Of a stretch of DNA of 64,000 nucleotides, positions 62,645 through 64,000 are shown one piece after another. The first letter of the stretch is position 1. Every line of letters begins with the position of its first letter. This stretch comes from the human T2T-CHM13v2.0 reference genome, Homo sapiens. A program made the position numbers and the translations under genes. The notes beneath the pieces are model-generated. The model made no database searches, had not been told where the DNA came from, and saw nothing but the letters and a program-made list of their open reading frames with translations. The stretch lies in the NCBI RefSeq assembly GCF_009914755.1, contig NC_060942.1; one strand, 5' to 3'.

Positions 62645-62880
62645 CTCTTAGGACGCTGGAGCCGCCGCCGCCGCTTCCCGCCGCGCAGGCTGGACCACAG
62701 CTCCTCGGATGCCACGGCGGTGTCACTCAGCAGAGCAGCCCGACAAAGCGTGGGTCCGCGTGCAGGAACCCGCCGGGCTCAGCCGGACGCTAGCCCCCTG
62801 CCGCCCCCGGCCCCGCCAGCCGCGCCCACTAGCAACGTGCTCGCGACCTCCAGTGCCCGCTCAGTGAAGCTTCTGCATGC
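62645..62880 (-). other. FAM210A: FAM210A non-coding exon 1 (TSS approximate)
   Basis: Inside the CpG island; best donor is TAAGAG|gtagca at 62645/62644. Exon 2 has only 28 nt of UTR after an acceptor, so an upstream exon is required. Confidence 0.65.
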
Positions 62881-62974
62881 CGCGCGCGGCACGTCGGGAC
62901 TCGTAGTTCCGGCGCGGAGGACGTGCGTCGCGGCACTCTCGCCTGACCGTCTCCACGTGACTCTCGCACCTCCG

Positions 62975-63045
62975 GAAGTGACGTAAGCAGACACGCGTGG
63001 CGCGGGCCGCCGTTTCCGCAAACAGAATCGCGTTTGGCTGTGCTG
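62975..63045 (+). other. RNMT: Candidate non-coding first exon of the divergent gene (RNMT by synteny)
   Basis: Consensus donor CTG|GTGAGT at 63045/63046. Identity rests on the known head-to-head FAM210A/RNMT arrangement; exon limits uncertain. Confidence 0.45.
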
Positions 63046-63771
63046 GTGAGTGTGACGGCTGGAACTCCGGCCCTTCCTTTCTTTGTGTTTGTCCCTCGGC
63101 CGCCGTGGAGGGGTGGAACTGGCACTCCCACCCCTGACATGGGCTCACTTCGCATTAGCCCTGTGCTTCACTACCCAACGCGTGGGTCTATTGCCTTGTG
63201 TCCTCAGTCCCAAGGAAAATGGGAACTCCTTGGGGTGGGCGGGCGCTGTTCCTCCTCCAGACTGGGCGAGCCCGGGTGGGAGAAGCAGCTCGAAGAGCTG
63301 CTCCAGCTCGCGCCCCAGGGCCGTGCTGGGGAGGGGCGTGGGGTCCGCAGGTTTGTCTTCAGCGGCGCTTCGGAAACCTGAACCAGAGGTTGAGTAACAG
63401 GCCGCGCTAATGACGGAGGGGGTGAACTTGGCTGGAGAAGTCCCTTCTCGCCTCTGTGCGTCCTCTCGGGCCCCGTGGTAGAGGGTCAAGCGGGCGGGTC
63501 GGGACTTAGAGCTTATCCCGCTTGGGCTTTATCCCGGCGGCCCTGGCGGCCTGCTCGCTCGTACCCTGAGGAGCTGAAATGACGCAGAGACATAGCTTGC
63601 TTCGGAGGTGTGACTGGAAAGCCGGGTCGAAATGTTCGTGTGGTTATTTATCGCGTGTCCATCTCCATGTCAGTCGACCACCTTTCGAAGGTTTCTTGAA
63701 GATTCTGAGGGACAGCTCTCTTCCCTATGGAGTGTTTTCATTATTCCACTTTGAGTTTGGTTTGGGTTTTT

Positions 63772-64000
63772 TTTCCCCCAATTTGTTAAATTGATACATA
63801 GAAGTTGCACATATTTGCAGGTGCAGGTGATACTTTGATACATGCATACAATGTGTAACGACTAAATCAGGGCAATTGGGATATTTGTCATCTCAAACAT
63901 TTATCTTTATGTTGGGAACATTCCAATTTTTCTTTTAGCTATTTTGAACTACACAATAAGTTATTGTTAACTGTGTCCACCCCACTGTACTATCAGGCAC
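63772..64000 (-). mobile_element. L1MA-type 3' UTR (runs off the window)
   Basis: aattgatacata...tgatacatgcatacaatgtgtaa...aataagttattgttaact. Confidence 0.75.

Larger units (their letters stand above)
62300..63700. promoter_or_regulatory. CpG island / bidirectional promoter (FAM210A on minus; RNMT on plus from locus knowledge)
   Basis: Abrupt GC- and CpG-rich block. ZNF143/THAP11-type motif 62881-62910, E-box CACGTGAC 62954-62961, ETS CCGGAAGTG 62972-62980 overlapping TGACGT 62979-62984. Confidence 0.88.

Noticed and set aside
62199-63489. Many overlapping 80-190 aa ORFs on both strands
   Set aside because: Expected scarcity of stop codons in a CpG island; Arg/Pro/Ala-rich with no domain; RNMT coding sequence is not in the window.

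Overview
Human (primate) genomic DNA with no prokaryotic-type systems. The window holds the whole FAM210A (C18orf19) gene on the minus strand. It has a non-coding exon 1 in a CpG island at about 62.6-62.9 kb and coding exons at 18393-17893, 8804-8693 and 3544-3311, which splice into an intact 272-aa mitochondrial protein. The 3' UTR is about 3.1 kb and ends near an AATAAA at 206-201. The CpG island looks like a bidirectional promoter; from locus knowledge the + strand partner is RNMT, but none of its CDS is in the window. The introns are mostly repeats: a 3-kb minisatellite of 42-48-bp units, an AluY-interrupted LTR2, a full-length L1PA5-like element with a TSD and an open ORF0, a MER57 provirus, nested ERV1 LTRs inside an old L1, ERVL/MaLR elements, Tigger3, L2, MIR, many Alus and a 7SL pseudogene. 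I found no clearly novel system. The best leads are regulatory hypotheses: the minisatellite as an array of TEAD/HNF1-like motifs and sense-strand AATAAA signals, the L1 antisense promoter/ORF0 pointing into exon 2, an exon-2 circRNA with a closed 159-aa ORF, and miR-574-5p/3p seed sites that alternative polyadenylation could remove. Repeat subfamily names come from recalled consensus sequences, and repeat boundaries are approximate unless a TSD is quoted.
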